NCBI GenBank assembly: GCA_028534125.1
Contig: CM052817.1
Span: 53,694,001 to 53,758,000, forward strand
Direction of reading: 5' to 3'
Source of the DNA: Lama glama
Lineage: Eukaryota
DNA: 64,000 nt
Under the pieces are notes generated by a model. It was not told the DNA's origin. It searched no databases and saw only the letters and a list, made by a program, of their open reading frames with translations. Below, piece by piece: positions 52,488-64,000 of this stretch (within the stretch, counting starts at the first letter, position 1; the number at the start of each line of letters is the position of its first letter). Made by a program: the position numbers and the translations under genes.

Positions 52488-53142
52488 GGTTGGCAAACAA
52501 GTTTCACTTTTACAACAAATATTAGTAATGAGGTCATCCAACTTTGAGACCATACAAAATGGATCGTAAGTTTAAAAAAAAAGTATATGTGCTGCTAATT
52601 TACCTCTTGTATTCCTACATTACTTAAAATCCTGTCAAATAAATAAATTTTGCCGTTAATAAACAGAAGAGTTTTTTAAAAAAAAATCACTTCAAAATAA
52701 CTTGACCTTTCAATTCTTTCTACAAGGGAGTGAATTTCCTTTAAAAATTGGTAGTGCAGGCACCCACGTGGGGATCAGACTGAACATTCCGCACTTTCAC
52801 GCCTATGGGATACCCACTTTTCACATGCAGAAGCCCCACTAGTTCTATTGACACCTCTTGACTTCTAGAATCATAGCTACTGTCTTAGTGATGAACTGCT
52901 TGCCAAATATGCTTTGCATTACAACAGATGTGCACTGTAAACATAAAAGTTCTTCCTGCTCTAATTTGCAAAAATGCTCTTGGAAATATTCTGACTGAAT
53001 AAAGATATATAGTGAGGGAAGGAAGTCTAATTTTATTTATTTTATATTTTTTGTAAAAAATAATTTGTTTGCATTACTAGAAAATGATTCTTATAAAGTG
53101 ATAGCTTCATTTATTTATTTATTTTTTGCCAGGTGAAATTTT

Positions 53143-53254
53143 AAAGAAAAAGGCCAAAAAAAAAAAAACAAAGAAAGAAAAAAAGAAAAGAAAAGAAAGG
53201 AAAAAAAGAAGAAAGGAAAATGAAGAAAGAAAGAAAAGAAAGAAGAAAGGAAGG
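53143..53254 (+). repeat. A/G-rich low-complexity tract, (GAAA)n-like; U/C-rich in the ADGRL3 mRNA
   Basis: Direct reading. Confidence 0.9.
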
Positions 53255-54057
53255 TAACCTTGCTCTCTTACTGGCAGACAAACTTGCAAGACCAGCACGA
53301 AAGAAAAAGAAAATTTCTTTTTTTTCCCACTACGTTAACAGGACTCAAATTCTGGAGGAACAGAAAGCAGACTACATGTGCAATGCTAGTATCTGTACAT
53401 TACATAGAAATTGTTCAATTTTTTTTCTGCCATTAGTTTTATCATCAGTTAATACAGCAAATCATAAAATATGCATTTAGCATATAATTCTAGAATTCCC
53501 CTCCATTTCATTACTGATTTTGTTTTCTTTTGTACACCACAACTATTCTTGCTGTGGTGAATTCAGGTTGTGAGTGACTAAAAACCACTATTGATACAGT
53601 TTGCTTTGCTTTTATGTTTGTGCAGCACTCCAATCTAGATGCAGCATTGTTACTAATTTCAAACAACTGTCCTGGCCTTTTAAAAATCAGGTCCTTGTAA
53701 TGATAGTAACAGAGCATCAGAGATGTTAGAACAAACAACATAACTCAACAAGGCCACAATGAGCGCCATTTTCTTCATATCTTGTTCATTAACATAATGA
53801 AGTCTCCATCTGAGGGGGAAAGGGACAGGAAAGGAGAGAGCACAGGGGGATTTCAGCAGTTATCTTTCTCCCCTGGGCTGACCTAAAAATCCCAGTTTAA
53901 AAAAAAAAAAGAAAAGAAAGAAGTCTGAGAGTTTGTGTTTGTCGTTGAAGAACAGCATAAAGATTTAGGAGTACACACATTATTACCACTGCTTATGTCA
54001 ACTCAGAACAGTCAACCAGGTGTTAGCAGTTTTGTTGGCTTAAATTTCTGTCATCTT

Positions 54058-54857
54058 CTATAGGCTAGTGACCAAATGAGCAGGTCCTTTTGAACTTCCC
54101 TCTGGAGGGGTCCCATCTTTGTTTGGAGGAACTATAAATCCATCACTGCTACCGCGACCTAGTTGGTAGTAGGTGTGCAGCTGATGGACGTGGTTTCTGG
54201 AGCCTAGGTTTGGCATGCTTTTGTAGTAAACATCTTCGGCATCACCACATTTGGCCGGTGGGGGTTCGGTCTGGGTGCTGGTAGTAACGCTCTCTGTGGC
54301 CGGCACACCAGCCAGGGCCGGCATGCTGGTGTAGAGAGAGTCCCTGTGGGGTGACTGGAGATCTTCTGTGTGCTCGTTGGTTAGCAAAGGGAAAAAGCTC
54401 TCACTGTGGTCTTGGGGGATCCGCCTTCTGGTGTAAAGGTGTGGCTGGTGGTTCTCTGTGGAGTAAACTCTCGGGGGCAGCAAAGGAGCATCCGATTCCT
54501 CATGAATAAGTTCCAGGCCCAGACTCTCCTCGTGGTTAAAGGAGGTGGCGTCATCCAGGACAATGGCATCATCTTCACTCCCACTGCCCAGGTTGTTCAC
54601 CAGCTTGTTCATCAGATTCCTGTTCTGTTCGCTGGAGCGCTCGTGGTTGTTCAGGTAAGACGGGATGTAGTTGGAAGTCAGTTCCTTCAGAATCTTTTTC
54701 TCTAGGGTGGTCTCATTATGGTTATAGCCACGGTCTATGATTTGCACACAGTTGCTCAGGTATTCGCCACTGGCAATGCTGTAACTATTGCCATGGTTAC
54801 CATTCAGTGGTAGAGTATCCATGACACTTGTATCCCTGGCATTGTTCAGAAGCCCCT
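54058..54857 (-). CDS. ADGRL3: ADGRL3 (latrophilin-3) terminal coding exon: long intracellular tail ending in class I PDZ-binding motif -VTSL
   Basis: Acceptor tttgtaatctttttcag|AGGGGCTT at 54857, phase 1. Translation (E)GLLNNARDTSVMDTLPLNGNHGNSYSIASGEYLSNC...GPAHLVTSL* is recognisable as the latrophilin-3 C-tail. Stop TAG at 54060-54058. Extends ORF 54058..54822. Confidence 0.98.
54797..54857 (-). CDS. ADGRL3: Alternative reading frame of the ADGRL3 terminal exon (short isoform tail GASEQCQGYKCHGYSTTEW*)
   Basis: AT|A GGG GCT TCT GAA CAA TGC CAG GGA TAC AAG TGT CAT GGA TAC TCT ACC ACT GAA TGG TAA, with stop at 54799-54797. Confidence 0.88.
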
Positions 54858-56762
54858 CTGAAAAAGATTACAAAACACTATGATATTTACATCCAATCGG
54901 CCGGAGAACACACACACGCACACAAAAGCAAAACCATCTGACTATGAAGTATGTATAAATTGCTAGCAATTTTAATTAAGTATAAAATGTTTGGAAATAA
55001 AAAATACTATTAAACCTATATGTACATATGTACCTACATATATATACTTGGACAATTGATTGAAATCTTATAAACTGAAAAGAAGGATTTAAAGTTAATC
55101 TTTAAGAGGATTAAAAAAAAACACCCTATGAATTTGCAATTTCCACACAAACACTGCCTGACAGTATTTGAACATATTTGGTTATAACTTAGAGAAAAAT
55201 AATGCAAAATTTTGCTGTAGTCATTCATAGCTTTCAATTTATACACATCAAAGTCAATTCAATAATTCATTACCTTTAATTTTACATATTGTCTTAACGT
55301 TGAAATAGGTATAATATTAACATAATTCATGTGTGGTACTTTGAGTATATTTATCATAGTAAAAGAATCAAGCAGTTTCTAATAATTTGAAATTTAATTT
55401 TGTAAGACTGAAAATAATCCCTACACACAAAACCACTAAATGATTATGTTAAATTTATTGTCAGAATGATGTAGTCATAAAATAATGTCTGGTTAAATAA
55501 ATGGCACATCAAAATAATTTGCACATAGGAGCTTTCAAAACATAAATATTTGGATTTACTTTCCAATTTTTTTCTGTTATAAGCACTTCAGTTACTATTA
55601 TGTATTAATCCACTATTACTTAGGGTCTTTAGGTAATTCTACAAAAGAATGTGTAAAGACATTTGGGTGATGTGATTCCTAAAAGCATAGTGTCAGTATC
55701 AAAGGTTCCATTTCATAATGAGTGATGACTTTGTGTGCATATTAAACTTTGGGTTTAAAAGAGATTAAACATCTTATTCTGGGATAAAACAGCTGCAGTG
55801 AAATAATTTGACCACATGCTTTTTCAAGATTTTTGCATTTTCTTGAATGAACAGAAATCCAAGATTCTATAATAGTTCCATAAATCACTTCAAATGCAAC
55901 CACAAAAGAAAATAAAACACAAACATTTAACCAATACTGCTAAATAAGTAAGGGTATTTCTTTACGGAACATTAATTGAAGAATTCTATTAAACTTCTCA
56001 ATAGACGGCTAAATTGTGAAAATACAGCATTCATTCTATATCTGTGATGCAGTTATGTTTACCAAGACTGAACTAGTTCGTTGCTGGTTTAAATAAAGCG
56101 TCCCAAATATATCAATTTTTATATGGACATCTGATGCACACTCTATAGTCAAGTAACACAGTTTTCAAAAACAGCAATGCATTAAGTACATTAAAAAGCA
56201 GCCATCACAGACATAGGGTGAAGCGATTTATTTTCATGTTATAGGTATTCTGTAGACAAATCCACAATGTTAAGAAAAAATAAAAGTAAATGCTTTTTAA
56301 AGGGCCATATGTGATGGGTGATTGCTGCTGCAGAGGCTGCCATGGTATGCTTGATGATTATGGTTGAGCGACTGATGCATTGAAACGTGTTTATTATTTC
56401 TGTTGTCAATGCATTAGGTACGGGTTGAAAACAGCCATAGTAAAATAAAGTGGGTATGTTGCATGTGACACATATTTGTACGATGGAATGTAGTAATGAA
56501 AATTAAAAGTTTATGAATTACTTAGCAAAAATAAATGCTTAATTTAAAAACAATTTAACTCACACAAACATTACATGAGACTTAATAACTATGTTATGTG
56601 ACACAATAAAAGAATCAGACAACAAAAGCGTCTAATCTCTATTAACATATATTTGTATAAGTCAATTCATAGGTTCTTTAGTTTTGAAATTGTGAGATGA
56701 ACTGTTTTTAATAACTACATCATCTATATGTGATGCAATAAAAGTGAACTAAAAAAAATTAC

Positions 56763-56814
56763 ATTTGATATGCAATGTTTAGCTTTACTCCCATACTTGT
56801 CTCTCTGTAGGGCT
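56763..56814 (-). CDS. ADGRL3: ADGRL3 52-nt extended form of the microexon (EPYRETSMGVKLNIAYQI), frameshifts the terminal exon
   Basis: Distal donor CAAAT|gtaatt at 56763/56762. Joined to 54857 it reads ...YQIGASEQCQGYKCHGYSTTEW*, the known short latrophilin-3 C-terminus. Confidence 0.9.
56797..56814 (-). CDS. ADGRL3: ADGRL3 18-nt microexon (EPYRET), proximal donor, frame-preserving
   Basis: ccttttcttcatgctgtcgtttag|AGCCCTACAGAGAGACAA|gtatgg, phase 1-1. EPYRET is a known latrophilin splice insert. Confidence 0.85.
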
Positions 56815-57974
56815 CTAAACGACAGCATGAAGAAAAGGAAAGAAAAAACAACAAGTAAGCTTACAGCGACAGTAGAAGAAACATGAGTAAAAAGCAAATT
56901 GATGATATGCAGAAAAAAGAGTCAAAGGAAATAATTCCACTGCCCCAAAATTCATGAGTCTGTGTTACATGGTTTATCATAATTAAAAATACTGAAATGT
57001 TAGTCAGAAAATCAGAAACCCCCTTATCACATGCTAATAAAGTCTTTAATAAGCATTTTCTCAATTTGTAAATTTCAAATACACATTTATTTTTAAGTTA
57101 AAATTACCACACCAACCAAAGACAGTAAAATCTTGAGGGTAAGGCATGACTATTTCCATAAATATATTTCAATATTACATATTTGTGTGTGTATGTTAGG
57201 ACATACTTGCTTCTAAGGAATGATATTTAACTTTAAAAAATTTCAGTAAGATTATAAATAAAATCTTTAGCTTATATACAGAGGAAAAAAACACAGTTTG
57301 AGCTTTTCATAATTGTGTTTTTTCTCTTATGTCTTATGTACAAAGGTTACTTCTCCCCCATTGTACCTATACAAATGCCTTTTATTATTTGTAAATAATA
57401 CGGATCAATACTGTCATTTCTAAAGCTCATATTCAGAAGTTGTATAACTATGAAGAAAGAGAAAGGTTAAATCCAACCATTATTCTGTATCAAGAAAATG
57501 TGAAGGGGAAAACATACCACCATCAATATCAGGTTTTCTTCTAGATTGTTGCAGTCATATGCAATCAAACATTTTAAAACAATCCTAGCAAAATTATTTT
57601 TTAAAAAAACTCATTTTTAATCATATTTTAACTCATATTTTAATCAGATCAAAAAAACCTGCTTTTGCTGATTTTGTTTACAGGAAAGTTAAATCATCAC
57701 AAAGTAAAAACCACTGAAGTCACTGGGCTAGATCATTTCAAGAGATTCCAATCTGTTATAATTTAACCACTGGTTCAGAGATACTGTTTTTCTACTTTAA
57801 AAAACTGATTTGCTTCTCAGCAAAAGACCAACAATATTTCAAAATGCAGAGGAAATTTCTTTGAAAGTTTCAAAATCAGTTTTGAAATAAAGAGCCAAAC
57901 TAGTATAGCAACAGATGGAAACTGTTTGTAGGCTTATTACAGCTCCTTCTGTAAATGACAACATTTGAAAGATA

Positions 57975-58110
57975 ACTGAAATTCAACTCCTGTCTTTCAA
58001 GATGAGGAAACTGCAGCCAAGAGAGGTTAAGCCTCATCTAACACCACTCTGCTAACAGTGGCAGAACTGGGATCAGAAAGGGAATCCTCTAGATACACTC
58101 AGTGCACTGC
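57975..58110 (-). mobile_element. MIR (intronic)
   Basis: gatgaggaaactgcagccaagagaggttaag..gtggcagaactggga. Confidence 0.7.
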
Positions 58111-59599
58111 TCTCTCTCTCCGTCTCGTCACATCTGCCTTAGGCTTTGAAAGCCACAACAGAATACTTACTTATGCACTTTACACTACAACTTTGTGTCT
58201 TTGACATCCATACTGTACTTTTCAACTATATCCCATCCTAAAGATACACATCTTTCTTTAAAGTTTTATAATTGAATTAAATTACTTTAAAATGTAAATT
58301 ATCTTGTAAAAGCATGGCTTCTCTATATTATATTTTGTTGACAGGTTAATCTATAATGAGACTTATCTTATAAAAACTGAATTCTCCAATACTGATGAGA
58401 AGATACTGGTCCAGAAATACTACGCATGAAGTTTTAAATATTTACATAAAGAGAATCCAAATCCAACATAACAAAAGCATATTATTCATCTTTATTCCTA
58501 ACTCTATATGCATATGCATCAGTAACACTATAAATACATCTTTACATATTTTAAATAAAGGTATCACAAACAAAAATGGATACATTAAATCTGAATGCTT
58601 CTTTGCTTGGATGGCACTGGTACAACAGAATTAAAGGACCAACAGAACAGAATCAAGTGGTAATTTAACATAAACCACTCTAGTACATACCGAGCCACCT
58701 ATATTTCATGTAAGATTTCACCTTGCCAGTAAGAATATAAGTGCATTCATCTGAAAGCATAAGATTAGTAGCAATATGACAATCACCAAGTTTTATTTTT
58801 GGTCAGTGTTTTAAAAAAAAGAACTATTTTAAGCACTACCACAGTTTAACATCTTAAAAAATTTTACAACATAAAATAGTTGAACGATTCCATTTCTGAC
58901 TCTGAAAACCAATAATAAAATTATTTTGTTTTTAAGAAAAGTCAGAAGAATTTATTTAATTTCGTGGCATAAACAACACATCCATTCAGAAGAATCCTTT
59001 GTATATTTACTGATAACCTTAATAGCAATATTTAGTAAGAGGCCCCACAGGAATCGAACTTTGGATCTGTATGGCATGATTTTAAATTTTGTCCTGAGAA
59101 TTTCACTTTGATAGTGTTTATAATAGTGTCCATCCTTATAAAATCCCCTAATTTAGGATATCAGTAATAAAAGAAGACAAGAAGGCAGGTACCGAATAAG
59201 GGAAAATGTATAGATTACTAATTGTTAGTTTTTTTTATTATATAAGACATTAGAAATTCTATGTGAATAATCAAAAAAAGCTAAACAAAACGTGATCTAA
59301 ATTTCTTACTTATTTTAAAACAATTTCTAACAACTCTGCGTAAGGTGAACAATGTAGAATATATTTAATTTGCAGATATGAAGTAAATCTCCATGTAACA
59401 TCATTCAAAACTTATTAGTATGTCAGCACACGTTAACATGTTTCTAATGACACAATTATCTGTCAGTTAGCCTAATGAAAATAAAGGGAAAAAAACCCAA
59501 ACAAGCCTCTATAAGGTCTGCAAAATTGTTCTGCCAAACCACATTTGGTGCGTTGTGTAATGTACACATCATTAAGTGCTACAATGAAATGACAGACCA

Positions 59600-59965
59600 T
59601 GTAAAGGAGCTCTCGCCTACTGATAGCACTGAGGTTGACCTTCTAGGGAAATGGAGGACTAAAAGAAGTCAGATGAACTGCTTTCAAGTATTTAAAGGAT
59701 TGCCACTGAGAGCAGAAAAATGCTTTGCTCATCTTTGTTCTAGAAGGCAAACTTAAGCAACATGGCCAGAGGCAAATTTTGGCTCAATGGAAAGAAAAAA
59801 CACATAACAAATGGAGCATTTCAGCAACTGAACATATGAAATCCTGAGATAGGAAGGGGGTCTTGTTAGAGGAAATACTTGAGCAAGGTTGACAGAAAGC
59901 CAGCAATGTAGTAAGGAGGATTCAATGAGCTCTATTCCTCCTTTTGATTCTAAGTCTGTGAATCT
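59600..59965 (+). mobile_element. L3/CR1 relic (intronic)
   Basis: tttcaagtatttaaaggattgcca; ggcaaattttggctcaat; ttctaagtctgtga. Confidence 0.55.
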
Positions 59966-61292
59966 TAGGTGTAAGCCTTAAGAAACTTGTTAAAATTGAC
60001 AGTTTGCTTAATTATTTAATCCCATTGACAAACAACTTGACTTGATTCCTGAAGTCAATTCTGAACTACCCACTTCTGTATTTTTGAAATAATTTAAAAA
60101 TCATCCTTCATATTTGGCAAGGTGTTACCAGGAAACTCAAATGGTTTTAGACACCCAATGGCCATGTTGCAACAAACACGCTTTTCTGGGATAGGCATTC
60201 ACACCAAGTTTTTCACACTCATGCCACTAAATCTTTTACCTCTGAAGGAAACACACACGCACCCCACAAAGATCCCCAAAGAGGATAACAGAAATTTCAT
60301 TCAAAGTTGCCTGGGAAAGTTAAATACTGCTAATCTCTCACATCTACCTTGAAGGAACCACTGAAGTCTGTGTGTTAGGGTGAATTTTCTTTCAAATATA
60401 ATTTTAAATAGGTGGATCACTCACTAAAATGTTTCTATTATGAAACTTCCACTTGAATAATTTTTTTTCCTGTGGTCACTTCACTTATAATATGAATATT
60501 TTAAACTTCTTGTGCCCCTAATAAATTTTAATCTTAGAAAAGGTAAAACTAGGTCCAAATGCTTAGATTGAATGTGATTTTAGAGAGATGTATGCTTATT
60601 TGTTTGAGATACGATTACATCTTTAAATCATTCAAAGTTGGAGGTTATACAGAAGAACCATATTCAAAACCCTTGTTTTTTTTAACATGTAGCCACAGTA
60701 GAAAGAGCATTTCTTGGCCTTTCTGAGCTAGTTCACGCAGACAATATCAACCTAGGATACAGCCCAATCTCACTGTTCTTTTCTCCATGGCTCATTTCAA
60801 TGTAATTTTCCATGGAGTTGATCTAAACGCTTTCGTTAGTAATGATGCTTTGTGCCTAGAGTGTGCTTGATGGTATAACAGAGTAAGATTATTTTCTTGA
60901 TCCTATAGCATTAAGACTATTGAATCAAGTCTTCCTTTATCTTACTTACCTTAGGCAAATATCTCATATCTCAAAATGAATACATCGGTATTTAATATAG
61001 AAATCAATCAACAAGAAAACTACTGACAAACCACAATACATTTTAAAACATTACAGAGAAACAAACACATATTGATGAATCAAGCATTTGTTTATCAGAA
61101 GGAAGGAATCCATTTCTTACTAAGGAAAATGGAAAATAAAAGCACCAAGGGGGATGGAAGGTGAAAAGAGTCTGTGTGTCTGCTTCCAAAAGGAAGAAGA
61201 GGCAGGAGGTAAGAAAGAAAAATAGAATGTGGCCATAAAAGCTACATAAATGGGACTCTCACTTGAAAAAATTAAGATAAACTCCAGCACAC

Positions 61293-61421
61293 CTTGTGCG
61301 TTGTACATGCTGACAGAAGGGTTGTTACAGACCGCCGGTTCCCCAAGCAATGTATTATAGGGATTGTTAGTACCATGCGGACGAAGCAGAGCATTGCTTA
61401 TAAGATGATTAGCCATGGCTC
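61293..61421 (-). CDS. ADGRL3: ADGRL3 129-nt in-frame cassette exon ([43 protein letters not shown])
   Basis: Acceptor ctgctccag|GAGCCATG and donor CAAG|gtgtgc. 129 nt = 43 codons, phase 1-1. The peptide matches the known latrophilin-3 cytoplasmic insert. Confidence 0.95.
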
Positions 61422-62479
61422 CTGGAGCAGCCCCATAGAAAGACAGAGAAAAAAAAAAGGTCAATCAGGCAAATGTGTTTGAAGAAAAGAAAGGAAACAT
61501 TTAGAATGACAACAGTTGACATAGTCCTGATTACAGGCAGGCAGCTAATTAGACTCAAAAATATATGCTACTAAAGCACACATTTCCAACAATGCACATA
61601 TCTGAGTCAATGGGAAAGAAAGAGAATGATTTACAATGTTGATTAAGCCACATTTAGGGTGTTCTCTTTCCCAGAGTGTAAGCAAGAATATATTCCCATG
61701 CTTGCTAAAAATGAAAATAAAAAAATAAAAGCAAAATACAGTCTCCCATACAAACAAAACACAAAGCACAAAACAAAAGCTGAAAAAAAAGTTTAAAACA
61801 CAAAAAGAAAAGCTAAGATTAAACAAAACATTCCCTCAATCACAGAAACCATTGGGTTGTTTTCAATGAAAACAATAAAAGGCAACATTTATGATAAAAC
61901 ACTCATTTGGAGAGCAGTTGTTGACACAACAGAAGATTTTGACATTTCTTAAAATTCTATGAAGGGAAATTTTTAAAATTGAAATGAAATAAAATATAAT
62001 CACTCTTATTAGTACACCATAGTAAGCATACTAATTAGGTGAACTTACAAGACTGATAAAATAATCATGGGGATATTACCTTTAAATATTTTAAATAAAA
62101 TATTAACTTCATGGTATCAAGCAATATATATAATTCCATTTTCCATTTTCCAACTGGTTGTTTGAACTTTGGCATAGCAAAGGAAAAAAATTTAACTCTT
62201 TCATCTCCTTATGAACAGATATACTTAGGGTCTAACATACTATCAGTATGCATTACAATCTTCCACCCTCCCAAGCCATTTAACAAAAAAAAACCCCAAA
62301 ACATTTAGAAAAACAGCTCTATTAAGTATAACTAGGCACTGTATGGAAATGATAGACAGAATGTGAATTTCTGTTAGATAATAAAGAAAAGAAAAATGAC
62401 TGCAGAAAGGAAAACACAAACTGTATAGGGATAGACTGAAATAGCAGGTAATGTTAATTTAAATATATATATTAGAGAA

Positions 62480-63270
62480 TGAAAATATAACATATATAAC
62501 AGGAGAAAATATTTGCAGAAAAATTTATAAATTTTTGTAATTAAACAAAGGACTAATATTTTGGATACTTGGGACTTCGGAGAACTCGCAGAAGTCAACA
62601 GTAAAAAAGAGACAATCAACAACAAACAAAACAATTAGAAAAAACAATTAGAAAATGGGCCAAAGGTATAAACAGACATTTCATGGAAGAGGGTATACAG
62701 GTGGCAAATAAGCTCATGAAAAGAACTATTATTAGCCATGAAGGAAATACAGATTAAAACCATAGTGAGATATCATTACACACTTAAAATAAAAATTATG
62801 ATGACATGAAATGCTGGCATGGATGAAGACAAACAGGATCACTCATACTTTGCTGTTGGAAATATGAGATGGTACAGCTACTCTGAAAAACACTTTGTCC
62901 GTTTCTTATAAAACTAAGTGTGCAATTACCAATACCACCCAGCAACTGTACTTTTGGACATTTATCCCAGAGAACTGGAAATTTATGATCACACAAAAAT
63001 CTATACATGAATGTTCAAGGCAGCTTTGTTTGTAATAGCCCCTAATGAGAAAAAGCACAGATGTCTTTCAACTGGTGGATGGTTAAATAGCCTGTGGCAC
63101 ATCCATACTATGGAATACTACTCAGCAATAAAAAGGAACAACTATCAATACACATAAAATAACCTGGATGAATTTCTAGAGAATTATACTGAGTAAAAGA
63201 GACAATTCAAAAGGTTATATACTGAATTATTCCATATATATATGTATATGTGTATGTGTGTGTGTGTATG

Positions 63271-63301
<31 letters not shown>

Positions 63302-63710
63302 CTTGAAATGACAGAATTACAGTAATGGAGAACAGATCAGTGGTTGCCAGGGTTTAAAAATGCAAAGAGGAGGGGAGTGGGATGGTCATAAAAGGGTAAC
63401 ATGAGGCATCCTGTGATGATGAAACTACTCTTATCTTGTCTATGGTGCTGTATACACAAACCTGCTCTTGTGATAGAGTTGTACTGAACTAAACACACAC
63501 ACACATAAACACAAACAAACACAAATACAATTAAATATAAATAAAATTGAAGATACGAACAAAGTTAGTGGGTTGTATCAAGTCAATATTCTGGCTGTGA
63601 CACTGTAGTGTAGTTTTACAAGATATTATTGAGGGAAACAGGGTAAAAGGTACATGATTTCATACAATTGCAAGTGAAGCTACAATTATTTCAAAGTAAC
63701 AAGTAATTTA
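62480..63710 (+). mobile_element. L1MC-type LINE-1 3' fragment, antisense to ADGRL3, with (TA)/(TG)n at 63234-63294
   Basis: aaatgggccaaaggtataaacagacatttca; atggaatactactcagcaataaaaaggaa; gaacagatcagtggttgccaggg. Confidence 0.9.
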
Positions 63711-64000
63711 TATTGAATGAGTAAAGCAAAAACATTTCGTGACTCATAGAAATGTTAAAAAAAATGAAAAGGGAAAACTTTGCCTTGGCAATTTAAATTT
63801 TTTCTTAATCATGGCTCTAAATTAAGTGTCATAAACATTTTAACCTCAAACTTGGGAACCTGAACTCTTGTTTAAAGGACAATTTTAAAGCTTGTTAAAT
63901 CTCTAGAACTAGAATGTTTCAGTTCTTTCAGGAAATATGCCATACATGTTTTCATCCTACACATTCTGCAAAGAACTAGCATAGAGCCATCACAGAAGTT

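Larger units (their letters stand above)
52456..54057 (-). other. ADGRL3: ADGRL3 3'UTR to the proximal poly(A) site (~1.6 kb; end approximate)
   Basis: Follows the stop codon, has no recognisable repeats, contains U-rich tracts, and ends ~25 nt after AATAAA at 52487-52482. Confidence 0.7.

Noticed and set aside
54381..54705. Overlapping ORFs 54381..54584 (-) and 54406..54705 (+)
   Set aside because: Alternative-frame and antisense shadows of the ADGRL3 coding exon with no independent support.
61120..61464. 114-aa ORF as a stand-alone gene
   Set aside because: Only 61293-61421 is the ADGRL3 exon. The N-terminal part is the polypyrimidine tract and the rest is intron read-through.
54858..64000. 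Additional small ADGRL3 cassette exon (recalled mouse insert GSYLPCIQACVTYL)
   Set aside because: No match found by eye on the minus strand; it probably lies upstream, outside the window.
1..64000. CRISPR arrays, tRNA/rRNA genes, operons or prokaryotic defence systems
   Set aside because: The sequence is mammalian. No regularly spaced repeat-spacer arrays or recognisable structured RNA genes were seen.

Overview
AT-rich mammalian genomic DNA, not prokaryotic. The young L1 3' ends and the lack of recognisable Alu/B1/Bov-tA/PRE1/SINEC elements suggest a camelid (inference). The window holds the 3' end of ADGRL3 (latrophilin-3, LPHN3) on the minus strand: a 129-nt cassette exon (61293-61421), an 18-nt/52-nt microexon with two alternative donors (56797/56763-56814), and the large terminal exon (acceptor 54857, stop 54058) ending in the PDZ ligand VTSL. 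A 3'UTR with proximal and probable distal poly(A) signals follows. Positions 1-46000 are downstream flank full of LTRs, L1, L2, MIR and DNA-transposon relics, with one 500-N gap. The most notable observation is at 39428-40229. Removing a MER41-like solo LTR at its 4-bp target-site duplication restores a minus-strand exon with a splice acceptor and a 56-codon open frame in the same phase (1) as the ADGRL3 tail exons. This is a candidate alternative terminal ('E32-like') exon disrupted by a lineage-specific retroviral insertion. Repeat family names are from recall of consensus sequences, not from a search, and many repeat boundaries are approximate.
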